From Deltaproteobacteria bacterium (GTDB taxonomy: Bacteria > Desulfobacterota > Desulfobacteria > Desulfobacterales > C00003060): a DNA stretch of 53,925 nt. Where the stretch lies: assembly GCA_030592345.1 (NCBI GenBank), contig JAUVJO010000001.1, positions 1 through 53,925 on the forward strand, given 5' to 3'. This document shows positions 28,099 through 38,913 of the stretch, one piece after another (position 1 is the stretch's first letter; every line of letters starts with the position of its first letter). A program made the position numbers and the translations under genes. A model generated the notes under the pieces. It made no database searches. It was not told the DNA's origin and worked only from the letters and a program-made list of their open reading frames with translations.

Positions 28099-29010
28099 AT
28101 GAATTCAAATGATTTTGGCCCAAAAGTCTCCATCATAATTCCTGTGTATAATGGATCAAACTATCTTCGCGAGGCTGTCGACAGCGCCCTTGACCAGACA
28201 TACAGCAATATTGAGATCCTTGTAGTCAATGACGGATCAAACGACGGTGGAAAGACGGAAAGGATTGCTAAATCCTACGGCAATAGGATCAAATACTTGT
28301 TTAAAAAAAATGGAGGGGTTAGCTCTGCCCTGAATCTAGGTATTTCAAATATGACCGGCGAATACTTTTCCTGGTTGAGTCACGATGATGTATATTATCA
28401 AAATAAGATTGAGGAACAAATAACATTTCTAGAGAATTTCACTAACGACGATGTGATAATCTATTCTGATTATGAGCTTATAGATGGTAATTCCGAGTTT
28501 ATCAGAAATGTCAGATTAAAAAAGGTCGCGCCCAAAAAGATGCTGACAGCTCTTCTCTATGAGAGTTTCATGCACGCATGCACATTATTGATTCCCCAGA
28601 AGTGTTTTCAGGATGAGAAGCCGTTCAACGAAAGTCTAAAAAGTACACAAGATTATGATTTGTTATTCAGATTGGCTATGAATTACAATTTTGTACACCT
28701 GGATAAAATATTAATTAAGTCCAGACAGCATTCAAGACAGGGGTCAAGGACTTTTGGGAGATCGCATAAGAAGGAATCTAATGATTTCTTTATCTCATCG
28801 ATTAGACATTTAGAAAGAAAGGGAATCGAATACTTTGTGAATAATTCCAAGAGTCTTTACTTTGCTACTCTTTCTTATACTCTTTTCAAAAGGGGTTATT
28901 ATTATCCAACACCCTTCTCTGTGCTAATGTCGATAAAGACCTTTGGTTTTGAAGATATCAGTCGTGCAGCAAGAACAGTCAGGAAAAGTTCAAAGCATTT
29001 GCTACGATAA
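28099..29010 (+). CDS. glycosyltransferase family 2
   Basis: VSIIIPVYNGSNYLREAVDSALDQTYSNIEILVVNDGSNDG and SHDDV are present. AT-rich gene. Confidence 0.9.
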   Translation: MNSNDFGPKVSIIIPVYNGSNYLREAVDSALDQTYSNIEILVVNDGSNDGGKTERIAKSYGNRIKYLFKKNGGVSSALNLGISNMTGEYFSWLSHDDVYYQNKIEEQITFLENFTNDDVIIYSDYELIDGNSEFIRNVRLKKVAPKKMLTALLYESFMHACTLLIPQKCFQDEKPFNESLKSTQDYDLLFRLAMNYNFVHLDKILIKSRQHSRQGSRTFGRSHKKESNDFFISSIRHLERKGIEYFVNNSKSLYFATLSYTLFKRGYYYPTPFSVLMSIKTFGFEDISRAARTVRKSSKHLLR

Positions 29011-29220
29011 GCATTTGCACCTCAGCCTACAAAGGTGCATGGCCTAAGAGACCGGCATTCTTGCACAAGCTCAAAAGCTGAGTCTTTCTGCCATAACGTA
29101 TGGATGGAACTTGACAGCAGATGACCTTTTGGGAGCAACGGTGGCCCTCTTGGCGTATCAAGAGATTGTTGCCTCCGGGAAGTATATTTACAAGAACCAC
29201 GCTATATAGAAGACAAATTC

Positions 29221-30096
29221 ATGAAATATGACAATACAGAGTATTGGACGGGAATACACAAAAAACATAAAGGTCACCTCCAAGCTGTTGGGCACCCAAC
29301 ACTATGCAAAAGGCTGAACGAACTAAAATATCAGAGTGAAGGCAACACGATGCTGGACAGTGTTCGGGGCATCTGCCGCGAATTCAGGCTGATGGGAAAG
29401 AAGAAGCTGTCCATCCTGGATGTAGGAGCAGGCACAGGGTATTGGTCGAAAATGGTGTATGATGCGTTTGACAAAGAACGGTTTCAAGTGAGAGCAACTG
29501 CCTTGGACTTATCCCTGGATGCCCTGGACATCGTGCGAAGACACAGTCAGCACATTGACACGGTCCAGGAAGATCTCAAGACAATCAATCCCGACCTGTT
29601 TGCCCGGGGGTTCGATTTGGTGATTTCTTGTTATTGCCTTCATCACCTTGTAAATCTGGAGGATTTTCTGAATGCGCTCCGCTTTGTGGCGAAAAGTGTA
29701 AGTATTGATGGTTTTCTAATTATCATGGATCCGATTCTGACCTTGCCCTTTTCCAAATTTGACGTCATTGACTTCCCGTCATACCAGGGAAATGGGATAC
29801 CACGCCATTTGTATCTCATTGAGGACGTTTTGGCCAAAGAAGGTTTATGCAAACGAGCAATCCGGCCCGCTGTTTCTTTTCTGCTTAACGGCAACATAGA
29901 AGGGTATGATTGGTTCAGTTACACCGCAGCTAGTACACTTTGGAAGGCACTTTGCATGTTTATATACAAGTCGGATCCTCTTGCCCGATTATTGTCAGGA
30001 GTTTTATTACCATTGGATAAAACCCTGAAGGATTTCTATATGGCCTTCAGTTCAAGCGTCTGTGTTTACAGAAAATCAATGTCCAAGACGTTATGA
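29221..30096 (+). CDS. class I SAM-dependent methyltransferase
   Basis: Motif I ILDVGAGTGYWS and DLVISCYCLHHL are present. Confidence 0.75.
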   Translation: MKYDNTEYWTGIHKKHKGHLQAVGHPTLCKRLNELKYQSEGNTMLDSVRGICREFRLMGKKKLSILDVGAGTGYWSKMVYDAFDKERFQVRATALDLSLDALDIVRRHSQHIDTVQEDLKTINPDLFARGFDLVISCYCLHHLVNLEDFLNALRFVAKSVSIDGFLIIMDPILTLPFSKFDVIDFPSYQGNGIPRHLYLIEDVLAKEGLCKRAIRPAVSFLLNGNIEGYDWFSYTAASTLWKALCMFIYKSDPLARLLSGVLLPLDKTLKDFYMAFSSSVCVYRKSMSKTL

Positions 30097-30184
30097 CTGA
30101 AGGCGTCAGACCATAGCAAACCGGCATGAATCAAATAACAGGCGATGAATTGATTCAACGTAGTTCCCCGCGTCGCTGCGCCCA

Positions 30185-31345
30185 ATGAAAAAAAAAGTGC
30201 TCATCTTGCCATCCTGGTATCCAAGCAAGGCTTCCGAGGTTAGCGGCATTTTTATTCAAGATCAAGCCCAAGTCTTATCCAGGGCATACGATGTCGCTGT
30301 CTTAGTTCCGAGGACAGTTGGTTGGCGAGATGTTGTAAAAGGAAAACGACGCCCAAAATCACAAGTCGAGCAACACGATGGTATCGGGGTTTACGAGGAA
30401 GGGACTGTGGTTCTACCCGAAAGGTTCTTTCGTCTGGGGACTCACCTGTTTGCCAGGTTGGCTCACCGGGGTTTTGGTAAAATCCTCACGAACTGGGGAA
30501 AGCCTGATATTATCCATGCTCATGTGATCTTTCCTGGCGGCTGGATGGCAGTGAACCTGGGACGTAAGTACGCGATACCAGTTGTTCTGACAGAACATTC
30601 TGGTCCTTTTTCTGTGCATTTGGGTTCGGAAGCTCAGCGATGTGTTGTTCGGAAAACACTGACTCAAGTCAACAGCCTGATTGCTGTCAGCCCGGCTATG
30701 GCGCGACAAGTCCATGCTTTTTGTCCCACTGCCACTATCCAAATAGTCGGCAACGTCATAATGACGGACTTATTCACGCCCCTGACAGCCACTCCGGCAG
30801 AAAAACCGCGCTTAACAACGCGGTTTTTGTCTGTGGCATTGTTGAATGAAAACAAAGGGATGCAATATCTTCTTGAGGCCATGCAACTTCTTGTTCAACG
30901 AGAAGCCAAGTCCTTTGAGCTTTTTGTCGGAGGCGAAGGACCGACTCGTCCGGGGCTAGAGAATATGGCAAAGGACTTGGGACTATCAGGCCGGTGCCAT
31001 TTTTTGGGAATGCTGACTCGCTCAGAGTTCAAGCACTGGATGCAAAGCTGCAATGCCTTCGTGCTTCCAAGTCTATGCGAGACTTTTGGCGTAGTGGTTG
31101 GCGAAGCTATGGCCTGCGGGAAACCAGTGATCGCAACCCGTTGCGGAGGCCCTGAGTTCGTGGTTACACCTGAAACCGGCATCCTTGTGGATATCGCTGA
31201 CCCAGCAGCGCTCGCAGACGCCATGGACAAGTTTATCTCTGACCGAGTCACGTTCGATTCCAATGTGATCCGTCGGAGCATCGTCAGCCGCTTTGGAGAA
31301 GAGGCCTTTCTGCATGGTGTTTCCGCAATCTACGAAAAACTCTAA
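30185..31345 (+). CDS. glycosyltransferase family 4 (GT-B)
   Basis: FVLPSLCETFGVVVGEAMACGKPVIATRCGGPEFVV is present. Confidence 0.85.
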   Translation: MKKKVLILPSWYPSKASEVSGIFIQDQAQVLSRAYDVAVLVPRTVGWRDVVKGKRRPKSQVEQHDGIGVYEEGTVVLPERFFRLGTHLFARLAHRGFGKILTNWGKPDIIHAHVIFPGGWMAVNLGRKYAIPVVLTEHSGPFSVHLGSEAQRCVVRKTLTQVNSLIAVSPAMARQVHAFCPTATIQIVGNVIMTDLFTPLTATPAEKPRLTTRFLSVALLNENKGMQYLLEAMQLLVQREAKSFELFVGGEGPTRPGLENMAKDLGLSGRCHFLGMLTRSEFKHWMQSCNAFVLPSLCETFGVVVGEAMACGKPVIATRCGGPEFVVTPETGILVDIADPAALADAMDKFISDRVTFDSNVIRRSIVSRFGEEAFLHGVSAIYEKL

Positions 31346-31681
31346 AAAAGTACGATGATTCCGAGTTCGTATTCCCTTTTTTGGCTGAGGAGGGAGCAAG
31401 GTTTGGGCTGGCCTAACAGAGGGAGCCCTGAATGCCGGACCAGTTATTTAAGCGCCTCGGAATTTCTACAACCTTTTGAACTTACAGATGGTTATCTGCC
31501 CTGTTCCCACCTCGATCGGGGAATAATGGAATGTTGGAACAACGGAATATTGGGTAGGCAACCGGAAGGATTTATTTTTGATTGTTCTTTTTCCTCTGAA
31601 CCCATCATCATTCCACTATTCCATCATTACAATTGCGAAGCGTAGCGTAGCTAAGAGCATAACCACGGAAATCGAATTGGC

Positions 31682-33685
31682 ATGTGTGGAATAGCAGGTA
31701 TTATTGGAAGTCCGGTCAGCTTATCTCTTTTGCCTTGCATAAAAAAAATGACCGACGTCATCCGTCACAGGGGTCCGGACGACGAAGGATTTGTGTTCTT
31801 CAAGCCTGGGCAGGGTAGAATCTGGCTGTACGGCGGCGAAGACACCCCGGACAGTGTGTACAGGGCTGGTTTGGCATATACCCCGGAACGCCCTTTCTCG
31901 GGCCAAAAACATGAAAACGCGACGCTGGCCCTGGGGCATCGGCGTCTTTCGATTTTGGATCTTTCCCCTGCCGGTCATCAGCCCATGTGCACGCCTGACA
32001 GGCGCTACTGGATTGTTTACAATGGCGAAATTTATAATTATCTGGAGATTCGAGATGAACTGATACGCAAAGGGTATCGGTTCCGGTCCAGGAGCGACAC
32101 CGAAGTGTTGCTTGCAGCCTATGTCCACTGGGGGACCGGGGCCCTGAACCGGCTGGTGGGGATGTTTGCCTTTGCCATTTATGACCGGGATGAGGACTGG
32201 CTGTTTCTGGCCCGCGATTTCTTCGGGATCAAGCCTTTGTATTATACGGTTTGGCCCGGTGGCTTCGCCTTCGCCTCGGAGATCAAAGCCCTGCTCACCC
32301 TTCCCCACGTCAGCCGCAAGCTCAACCCTCAGAGAGCCTATGAATACCTGCGCTTTGGCCTTACTGACCATGGAGAGGATACACTATTTAAGGACATCCA
32401 GCAACTCCCAGTGGCTCATTATCTATGTGTGGGCCTTGAAGGAAAAGAAAGCCCCCAGCCTGTCCGTTACTGGGATATTGACCTGAGCAAAAAGGTAGAT
32501 CTTCCCTTTGGCGAAGCGGTGGCCAGAATGAAGAAACTTTTTCTGAAAAACGTAGAGTTGCATTTGCGGAGCGATGTTCCTGTTGGGGCAGCTCTTTCCG
32601 GTGGCATTGATTCTTCGTCCATCGTCATGGTAATGCGGCAACGACATGAACGTAGCCTGGATCTGCATACCTTTTCTTACATTGCTGAGGATTCAAGTGT
32701 AAACGAAGAGAAATGGGTCGACATTGTTGGCAAAGTAGCCAGGGCTTCCACTCACAAGATACGGGCTTCGCCCGATCAACTGCTTTCCGATCTGGATCAA
32801 CTTATCCACATTCAAGACGAACCGTTCGGGAGTACCAGCATTTATGCACAGTACTTGGTAATGCGCCTGGCTGCGGAGAACGGTATCAAGGTAATGTTAG
32901 ATGGCCAGGGAGCGGATGAAATTCTCGCTGGATATCTATTTTATTTTGGTGCCCGCATGGCTTCCCTTGTCAGGCATGGGAAAGTAATTAATGCAGCGCA
33001 TTCTCTCCTGAAAGCTTCGAAATATCCGGGTGTCGGATTAAGGAGCCTCCTTCTTCATTCAGGTGCTTGCCTGTTATCTGAAGCTTTAAGAAATTCAGCC
33101 AGGAGACTCTTTGGCCCCAGCCCGGTTCCCCTGTGGTTAAGCCAATCCTGGTTTTCCACACATGGGATCACATCTCCAAATTACTCAACGGCTTCACGAC
33201 GAGACGTGTTGAGGCAACATCTTTATAGATCCGTCCAAATAGGTCTGCCTTCCCTGCTGCGTTACGAAGACCGCAACTCCATGGCGCATTCCATTGAAAG
33301 TCGGGTGCCTTTCTTGACGCCTGAGTTAGTTCAATTCCTCTTTTCCTTGCCAGAAGAATACCTCATCTCCTCAAACGGAACCACAAAATCCTTATTCCGC
33401 GAAGCGATGCGGGGCATTGTCCCCGACTCCATTCTAAAACGCAGAGACAAAATCGGGTTTGCGACTCCTGAAGAAAAATGGATTCGCCTTCTGCAGCCTT
33501 GGGTGGATTCGCTTTTGAAAAACAACACAACAAGAGGCATCCCTGCATTAAATCTCCCCGGTCTTCATAAGACGTGGCAAAAAGCATTATTGGGCCAGAA
33601 AAAATTTGACTTCACCATGTGGCGGTGCATTAACTTCATCCGTTGGACCGCTCAATATGAAGTCTCACATAGCACATATCCTTAG
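31682..33685 (+). CDS. AsnB-family glutamine-dependent amidotransferase, paralogue 2 (667 aa, long class)
   Basis: MCGIAGII, HRGPDDEG, HRRLSILDLSPAGHQPM, YNGEIYNY, SDTEV, the PP-loop LSGGIDSSSIV and LRYEDRNSMAHSIESRVPFL are present. Confidence 0.9.
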   Translation: MCGIAGIIGSPVSLSLLPCIKKMTDVIRHRGPDDEGFVFFKPGQGRIWLYGGEDTPDSVYRAGLAYTPERPFSGQKHENATLALGHRRLSILDLSPAGHQPMCTPDRRYWIVYNGEIYNYLEIRDELIRKGYRFRSRSDTEVLLAAYVHWGTGALNRLVGMFAFAIYDRDEDWLFLARDFFGIKPLYYTVWPGGFAFASEIKALLTLPHVSRKLNPQRAYEYLRFGLTDHGEDTLFKDIQQLPVAHYLCVGLEGKESPQPVRYWDIDLSKKVDLPFGEAVARMKKLFLKNVELHLRSDVPVGAALSGGIDSSSIVMVMRQRHERSLDLHTFSYIAEDSSVNEEKWVDIVGKVARASTHKIRASPDQLLSDLDQLIHIQDEPFGSTSIYAQYLVMRLAAENGIKVMLDGQGADEILAGYLFYFGARMASLVRHGKVINAAHSLLKASKYPGVGLRSLLLHSGACLLSEALRNSARRLFGPSPVPLWLSQSWFSTHGITSPNYSTASRRDVLRQHLYRSVQIGLPSLLRYEDRNSMAHSIESRVPFLTPELVQFLFSLPEEYLISSNGTTKSLFREAMRGIVPDSILKRRDKIGFATPEEKWIRLLQPWVDSLLKNNTTRGIPALNLPGLHKTWQKALLGQKKFDFTMWRCINFIRWTAQYEVSHSTYP

Positions 33686-34214
33686 CCGTTTGACAAAGGA
33701 ACAATTCTATGCCAAGAAGGCGAGTACTTGCCATCATTTTCGTCGCTGAAGTCTGATCCAATGGTATGCAGACAAACAATGTTTCTTTAGGGTGGGCATG
33801 AAATAATTGCTGCCGGTTTCAGTGATCCTGAGATTGGCAACGTCGGTTTTTTTTCACATACACAAAACTGAGGTTAATCTAAGGGCTCAACAATAAATAA
33901 TTTCACATTTTGGCATCTCATCTTCAGGCCGTCTTCTTACGATTCTCCCTCGCAAAGTCCTCGAAATAGCACGCTATTCCTGTGGCTTTGCTCCATCGGA
34001 TTGCACAAATCCAACCTAAATCTGAGCGCCAATTCTGCGAAATTATTTTTTTTCGAGTCCTAACGTCTCGGAATTTCCTGTAATGTCCTTTTTCGAGAAA
34101 AAAAAGACCATGTAGCTTTGCTCATACAGTCTTTTCCCGAACAGCGCAACTTCATTAGTATATTCGGCATGATGGCTGCATTGTTTCATTGACAAACTCT
34201 TCGATTCTTCACTC

Positions 34215-35450
34215 ATGAAAACCATAGTATCGATTACGCCTCTGCCGATTGCTGCCGATAGTCGGACTTTCAAAATTGCCTCGTCTTTTGCGCGTTTCGG
34301 GTATCACTCTATTGTCATAGAGGGAGAGAAAAGCAATTTGAACCCGGCGGACCTGCTTTTCGAGTTGCGATCAACTGGAAGCGGTCCCCTTGCCAAAGAC
34401 AGAACAGTGACAACTAGGCGGAACGTTTGTTCGGAGAGAAGGCACAATCTTCACGGGCAATTGATAAAGAAGCGAAATCGATTGCCAGAATCAGTAAGGA
34501 AACCTTTGCGAAGATTGATGTTCCTTCCCTGGTACTGGTACTGCTATTTTGGTCCAAGGGGTGTCATACCCAAAGCCTCTCTTTACTATCTCCACGCCCC
34601 GTACCAGTTTCCTGCAGTCTATTGGTTTTCCAGACGCTACGCGACGCCATTCATCTATGATGCACACGATTTCTACCCTGTCGTGAGTCCAAATACCTTT
34701 TACAAAGGACTGGAGAGATGGTGTATCCGGAAAGCCTCGGCAGTGGTCACTGTTTCGGAGGGCATAGCACGGCTCATGGGGCAAGAATTTGGCTGTCAAG
34801 CAGTCGTCTTGCGGAACTGCCACGATTCGCGGATGGAAAGGGAACCGCCTCAGGGTCTGCGCGAAATGTTAGGGCTTTCATCCGACACGTTTTTGCTCGT
34901 GAGCGTCGGCCAAGCCAAAGTAGGGCAAGCCGTTGTCGAGGCATTGGAGGCACTGGCTGTCCTGCCGACCTCAATACATCTTGCGCTTGTAGGCAAGAAC
35001 ACGGAACAGTATCAGGAGATGGTCGAAGCCACCGGACTTCAATCGCGCGTCCATCTCGTGCCACCGGTGAAGCCAGACGAAGTAGTCCCCTTCATCCGTA
35101 GTGCCGACGCCTCTATTATCCTGTATTACCCGTTCTCTGTAAATTATGAACATTGCCTGCCTAACAGGTTCTTCCAATCTGTCTCGGCCGAACTGCCGCT
35201 GCTGTATCCGGAACTACCTGATATAAAAAGACTGGCCGAGCAATACGGACTGGGGATCCCCATCGATCCCAGATCGCCAGAGTCCATCCAGGCAGCCGTG
35301 ATGCACATGCTAAACAATACTGATACCCTGGCTAAGCACAGGCAGAGTCTGCACAGCGCGCGGAAGGTGCTTGGCTGGGAGCAGGAGGAAATCATTGTCC
35401 AAGAGCTTGTCGCTGGCATCCTGAAAGAAAATCCGAAGGCAGTTGGCTGA
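34215..35450 (+). CDS. GT-B glycosyltransferase (GT4-like)
   Basis: The N-terminus IVSITPLPIAADSRTFKIASSFARFGY is followed by a C-terminal donor-domain pattern ...LVGKNTEQYQEMV...HCLPNRFFQSVSAELPLL. Confidence 0.6.
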   Translation: MKTIVSITPLPIAADSRTFKIASSFARFGYHSIVIEGEKSNLNPADLLFELRSTGSGPLAKDRTVTTRRNVCSERRHNLHGQLIKKRNRLPESVRKPLRRLMFLPWYWYCYFGPRGVIPKASLYYLHAPYQFPAVYWFSRRYATPFIYDAHDFYPVVSPNTFYKGLERWCIRKASAVVTVSEGIARLMGQEFGCQAVVLRNCHDSRMEREPPQGLREMLGLSSDTFLLVSVGQAKVGQAVVEALEALAVLPTSIHLALVGKNTEQYQEMVEATGLQSRVHLVPPVKPDEVVPFIRSADASIILYYPFSVNYEHCLPNRFFQSVSAELPLLYPELPDIKRLAEQYGLGIPIDPRSPESIQAAVMHMLNNTDTLAKHRQSLHSARKVLGWEQEEIIVQELVAGILKENPKAVG

Positions 35451-35566
35451 TCTTGTGTGGCATAGCCGGGATCATCGCTCTCAGAGGCATTTAATAGTTC
35501 AGCGGGCACTCTGGACCCGACACACACAGCTCTGCCTCCTCTATTCAACACATCTTGAGATTCTCG

Positions 35567-36862
35567 ATGAAAGCTAAAGCCAAACGTATCTTGGTTCTTT
35601 ATATACATAACGGGTCCATGGACACGATGCTAGTAGCTATCCTGTCTCACTTGCGGGCACTGGAAGCCAGTGACACAGCCCACGAGATTTTTTACTACAA
35701 CGCTATTGACGGCGCTCCTGCCTGGCTCAAGCGTTTCCGGTTTGACATCGTAGTCCTCCACACAACCTTGCTTTGTATGCGCTGGAGCCCTATATTTAAT
35801 TGGTGGAAACGCAAACTGAGGTGGATAAAAGATCTGGATTGCGTAACAATTGCTATGCCTCAGGATGAATACGACCATGCCGAAATCCTGGATGAGTGGC
35901 TGGCTGAGTGGAATGTGCCGATCGTCTTCAGCAACTTCGGGGCGGTCCAGCGCAAGTTACTTTACCCCATCCTGCACGATAAGGCAACCTTTTACCGTTG
36001 CCTTACGGGGTATATCGACCAACGGCTCGCCAAAGACTACGAAGACAAATTGCTCCCCCTCCAAGCCAGGCCTAACGACATTGTTTACCGGGCGAAGCAC
36101 TTGCCCTACCGATTCGGTAGCCACGGCCAGTTTAAACACAAGATTGGAGAAGACGTCTTGGAACGTGCCATCCAGCACGGTCTAAAGTGCGACATCTCGA
36201 CACGGCGCGAAGACACCATCTTTGGCAGCCGCTGGCTGGATTTTTTGGCCTCGGGGAAGGTGGTGATCGGCACTGAGAGCGGCTCCAGTAGCATCGACCG
36301 CCGTGGCGAAATCACAGGGCAGATTCAGCAGATGCTTCGGGACGACCCGACCCTGTCCTTCGAGGCAGTAAGTGCGCGGCTGCCGTATGGCTGGGACAAC
36401 TATCGGTTTTTTGCTATCAGCCCGCGCCACTTCGAGGCAGTAATCACAAAGACGGCTCAGGTGTTGGTCGAGGGAAAATATAACGGCGTGCTTGAACCGC
36501 ACACACATTACATCCCTCTTAAGGCCGATTTCTCCAATCTCGATGACGTACTCGACATGGTGCATGATCATGAGATGCTCCAACGAATGGTTGACCGAGC
36601 CTATAAGGATATTTGTCTCAACGGTGAATATACGTATCGTCGTCTCGCGGCAGATATCGAGCAAGCGTTGGCGACACGGCCAGATAGCGGCAAGGCTATC
36701 ATGCTTCTGTCCCCTTTCGACCGGCTGTTATGGAAATGGGGCCAAGTCTTGCAATATCTCGCGATCAGAAAAATGGTCTCCATGGTTTGTCTCTATCGAT
36801 TCACTAAGAGACTGTTAGGGGCATTTCGGATTCCTCATTACTCCACCAACAAAACTCAATAG
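35567..36862 (+). CDS. hypothetical protein, CgeB-like glycosyltransferase C-terminal pattern
   Basis: SGKVVIGTESGSS...RFFAISPRHFEAVITKTAQVLVEGKYNGVLEPHTHYIPLKADFSNLDDVL resembles CgeB/DUF3880-type GT1 proteins. The track start is TTG 35555. Confidence 0.45.
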   Translation: MKAKAKRILVLYIHNGSMDTMLVAILSHLRALEASDTAHEIFYYNAIDGAPAWLKRFRFDIVVLHTTLLCMRWSPIFNWWKRKLRWIKDLDCVTIAMPQDEYDHAEILDEWLAEWNVPIVFSNFGAVQRKLLYPILHDKATFYRCLTGYIDQRLAKDYEDKLLPLQARPNDIVYRAKHLPYRFGSHGQFKHKIGEDVLERAIQHGLKCDISTRREDTIFGSRWLDFLASGKVVIGTESGSSSIDRRGEITGQIQQMLRDDPTLSFEAVSARLPYGWDNYRFFAISPRHFEAVITKTAQVLVEGKYNGVLEPHTHYIPLKADFSNLDDVLDMVHDHEMLQRMVDRAYKDICLNGEYTYRRLAADIEQALATRPDSGKAIMLLSPFDRLLWKWGQVLQYLAIRKMVSMVCLYRFTKRLLGAFRIPHYSTNKTQ

Positions 36863-36993
36863 TTCTTGCAGGTAACCTTCTTTGGGAAATTCTGATATTC
36901 CCCCAACATTCAATGAAAATATTAGTGATTTATTTCAAAACAGAACTTATTGAAAAACTATGGAATAGGATAAGGAGGAAATAGGACAAACAC

Positions 36994-38913
36994 ATGTGCG
37001 GCATTTCAGGGATTATGTCGTCCGAGGTGATGAATCCGGACATCCTTCGTGAGTGGCTTCAGGGGATGAACTTCCTCCAGGCCCACCGTGGTCCTGACGG
37101 CGTAGGCATTTGGATTCACGAGTCTAGCCGTTTGGGCTTCGGTCATGTGCGCCTAAAAATTATCGACCTTGCAACGGGTGCGCAGCCCATGCGCTCTGAT
37201 GCAGGCTTGATGATCACCTATAATGGTGAAATATATAATTATCAAGAGCTTCGTAAGGAACTCGGGCAGGAAACCTTTCGCACTAACTCTGACACGGAAG
37301 TCATCCTACGGGCATACGAAAGGTGGGGAGAAGACTGCGTCGATCACCTGCGGGGCATGTTTGCCTTTGCCATTTGGGATGAAAAGAATAAAAAGCTCTT
37401 CTGCGCCAGGGACCGATTCGGGATTAAGCCATTCTACTACACTGAAAACGTCAACGGATTTTTCTTCGCCTCCGAAATCAAAGCCATTTTACCCTTTGTG
37501 GAAGCAATTGTTACGGATTACAATGGGCTTAAAGATTATCTGACGTTTCAGTATACCCTTGGAGAAAAAACTCTTTTTGACGGCGTTTCTCAACTCCTTC
37601 CGGCACATATTCTAACAATAATAAATGGAAACATTCGAATTCGAAAGTACTGGGAAGTCCAGTACAAGTTGGACTGGTTTCACACGAAGCTCTATTTTCA
37701 AGACCAAATTCGTAATCTGTTAATGGATTCCATACACTTACATTTACGAAGTGATGTACCTGTGGGTGCGTATCTTAGCGGGGGGCTTGACTCAAGCATT
37801 GTAGCATCTCTGGCCAGAAACAGTTATGTATGCGACTTTCGCACATTCCATGGAAAATTTTCAGTGAGTCCTCTGTACGATGAATCCAGATATGCCCACG
37901 CAGTAAGCGAGTTTTGCGATATGGAACTTCACGAACAGAATATTACTGCTGAGGATTTTGTTTCTAACATTCGAAACGTCATTTATCATCTGGACTACCC
38001 GGTAGGGGGTCCTGGCTCTTTTCCTCAGTATATGATCTCGAAACTGGCGAGCGGGCATTTGAAGGTGGTGCTTGGCGGCACAGGTGGGGACGAGATTTTT
38101 GGCGGGTACGTGAGGTATTTAATTTCTTACTTCGAGCAGTGCATCAAGGGAGCCATTGAAGGAACCATGCATAGCGGCAATTTTGTGGTCACCTACGAGT
38201 CGATTATCCCTAACTTGGCAGCCTTGAGAAATTATAAGCCCCTGCTGAAGGAATTCTGGAGGGAAGGGTTATTTGAGGATCGTGACAAGCGTTACTTCCG
38301 ACTTATCAACAGGGCAAATGGGCTGTCTGGAGAAATAAACTGGGATCGGCTCGAACCATATTCCGCCTTTGAAACTTTCAGGAGTATATTTTGGGGAGAC
38401 AACGTTGAAAAGAAGTCCTATTTCGACAGTATGACCCATTTCGATTTCAAAACGCTTCTTCCAGCACTACTGCAGGTTGAGGATCGCATGAGTATGGCCC
38501 ATGGGCTTGAGTCACGCGTTCCTCTGCTGGACCATCCCCTTGTGGAGATCGCAGCCACAATTCCTTCAAACATCAAATTTGAAAACGGGCAACTTAAACA
38601 CCTGATGAAGAGCACATTTCGTCAAAACTTGCCTGATGTAGTAAACCAGCGAGCCGACAAAATGGGATTCCCTGTACCTCTTTCGGAGTGGATGCAGGGG
38701 GAACTGAAAGACTTCGTACAGGACATCTTCCACGGTAGTAATGCTCGGAACCGCGAGTATCTTAACCCTGATTTTGACATCCAATCGCTGATTGCAACAG
38801 AGGGGAAATTCACACGGAAGGTTTGGGGGCTCTTATCCCTGGAGTTGTGGCAACAGGAATTTCATGATAAGGCTCAAATGTACACAAACTATCGGAAGGG
38901 AATAAACGTATGA
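36994..38913 (+). CDS. AsnB-family glutamine-dependent amidotransferase, paralogue 3 (639 aa, short class)
   Basis: MCGISGIM, HRGPD, VRLKIIDLATGAQPM, YNGEIYNY, SDTEV, the PP-loop LSGGLDSS and SMAHGLESRVPLLD are present. Confidence 0.9.
   Translation: MCGISGIMSSEVMNPDILREWLQGMNFLQAHRGPDGVGIWIHESSRLGFGHVRLKIIDLATGAQPMRSDAGLMITYNGEIYNYQELRKELGQETFRTNSDTEVILRAYERWGEDCVDHLRGMFAFAIWDEKNKKLFCARDRFGIKPFYYTENVNGFFFASEIKAILPFVEAIVTDYNGLKDYLTFQYTLGEKTLFDGVSQLLPAHILTIINGNIRIRKYWEVQYKLDWFHTKLYFQDQIRNLLMDSIHLHLRSDVPVGAYLSGGLDSSIVASLARNSYVCDFRTFHGKFSVSPLYDESRYAHAVSEFCDMELHEQNITAEDFVSNIRNVIYHLDYPVGGPGSFPQYMISKLASGHLKVVLGGTGGDEIFGGYVRYLISYFEQCIKGAIEGTMHSGNFVVTYESIIPNLAALRNYKPLLKEFWREGLFEDRDKRYFRLINRANGLSGEINWDRLEPYSAFETFRSIFWGDNVEKKSYFDSMTHFDFKTLLPALLQVEDRMSMAHGLESRVPLLDHPLVEIAATIPSNIKFENGQLKHLMKSTFRQNLPDVVNQRADKMGFPVPLSEWMQGELKDFVQDIFHGSNARNREYLNPDFDIQSLIATEGKFTRKVWGLLSLELWQQEFHDKAQMYTNYRKGINV

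Noticed and set aside
31355-31645. 96-aa ORF between GT4 and AsnB paralogue 2
   Set aside because: It has no RBS or motif support. The C-terminal IIIPLFHHYNCEA-type sequence resembles translations of non-coding repeats often mis-annotated as ORFans, so I treat it as intergenic.
33709-33756. 15-codon ORF MPRRRVLAIIFVAEV resembling the N-terminus of a glycosyltransferase, possibly a decayed gene in the 530-nt gap
   Set aside because: It is too short, and the downstream frames give no continuous GT-like sequence.
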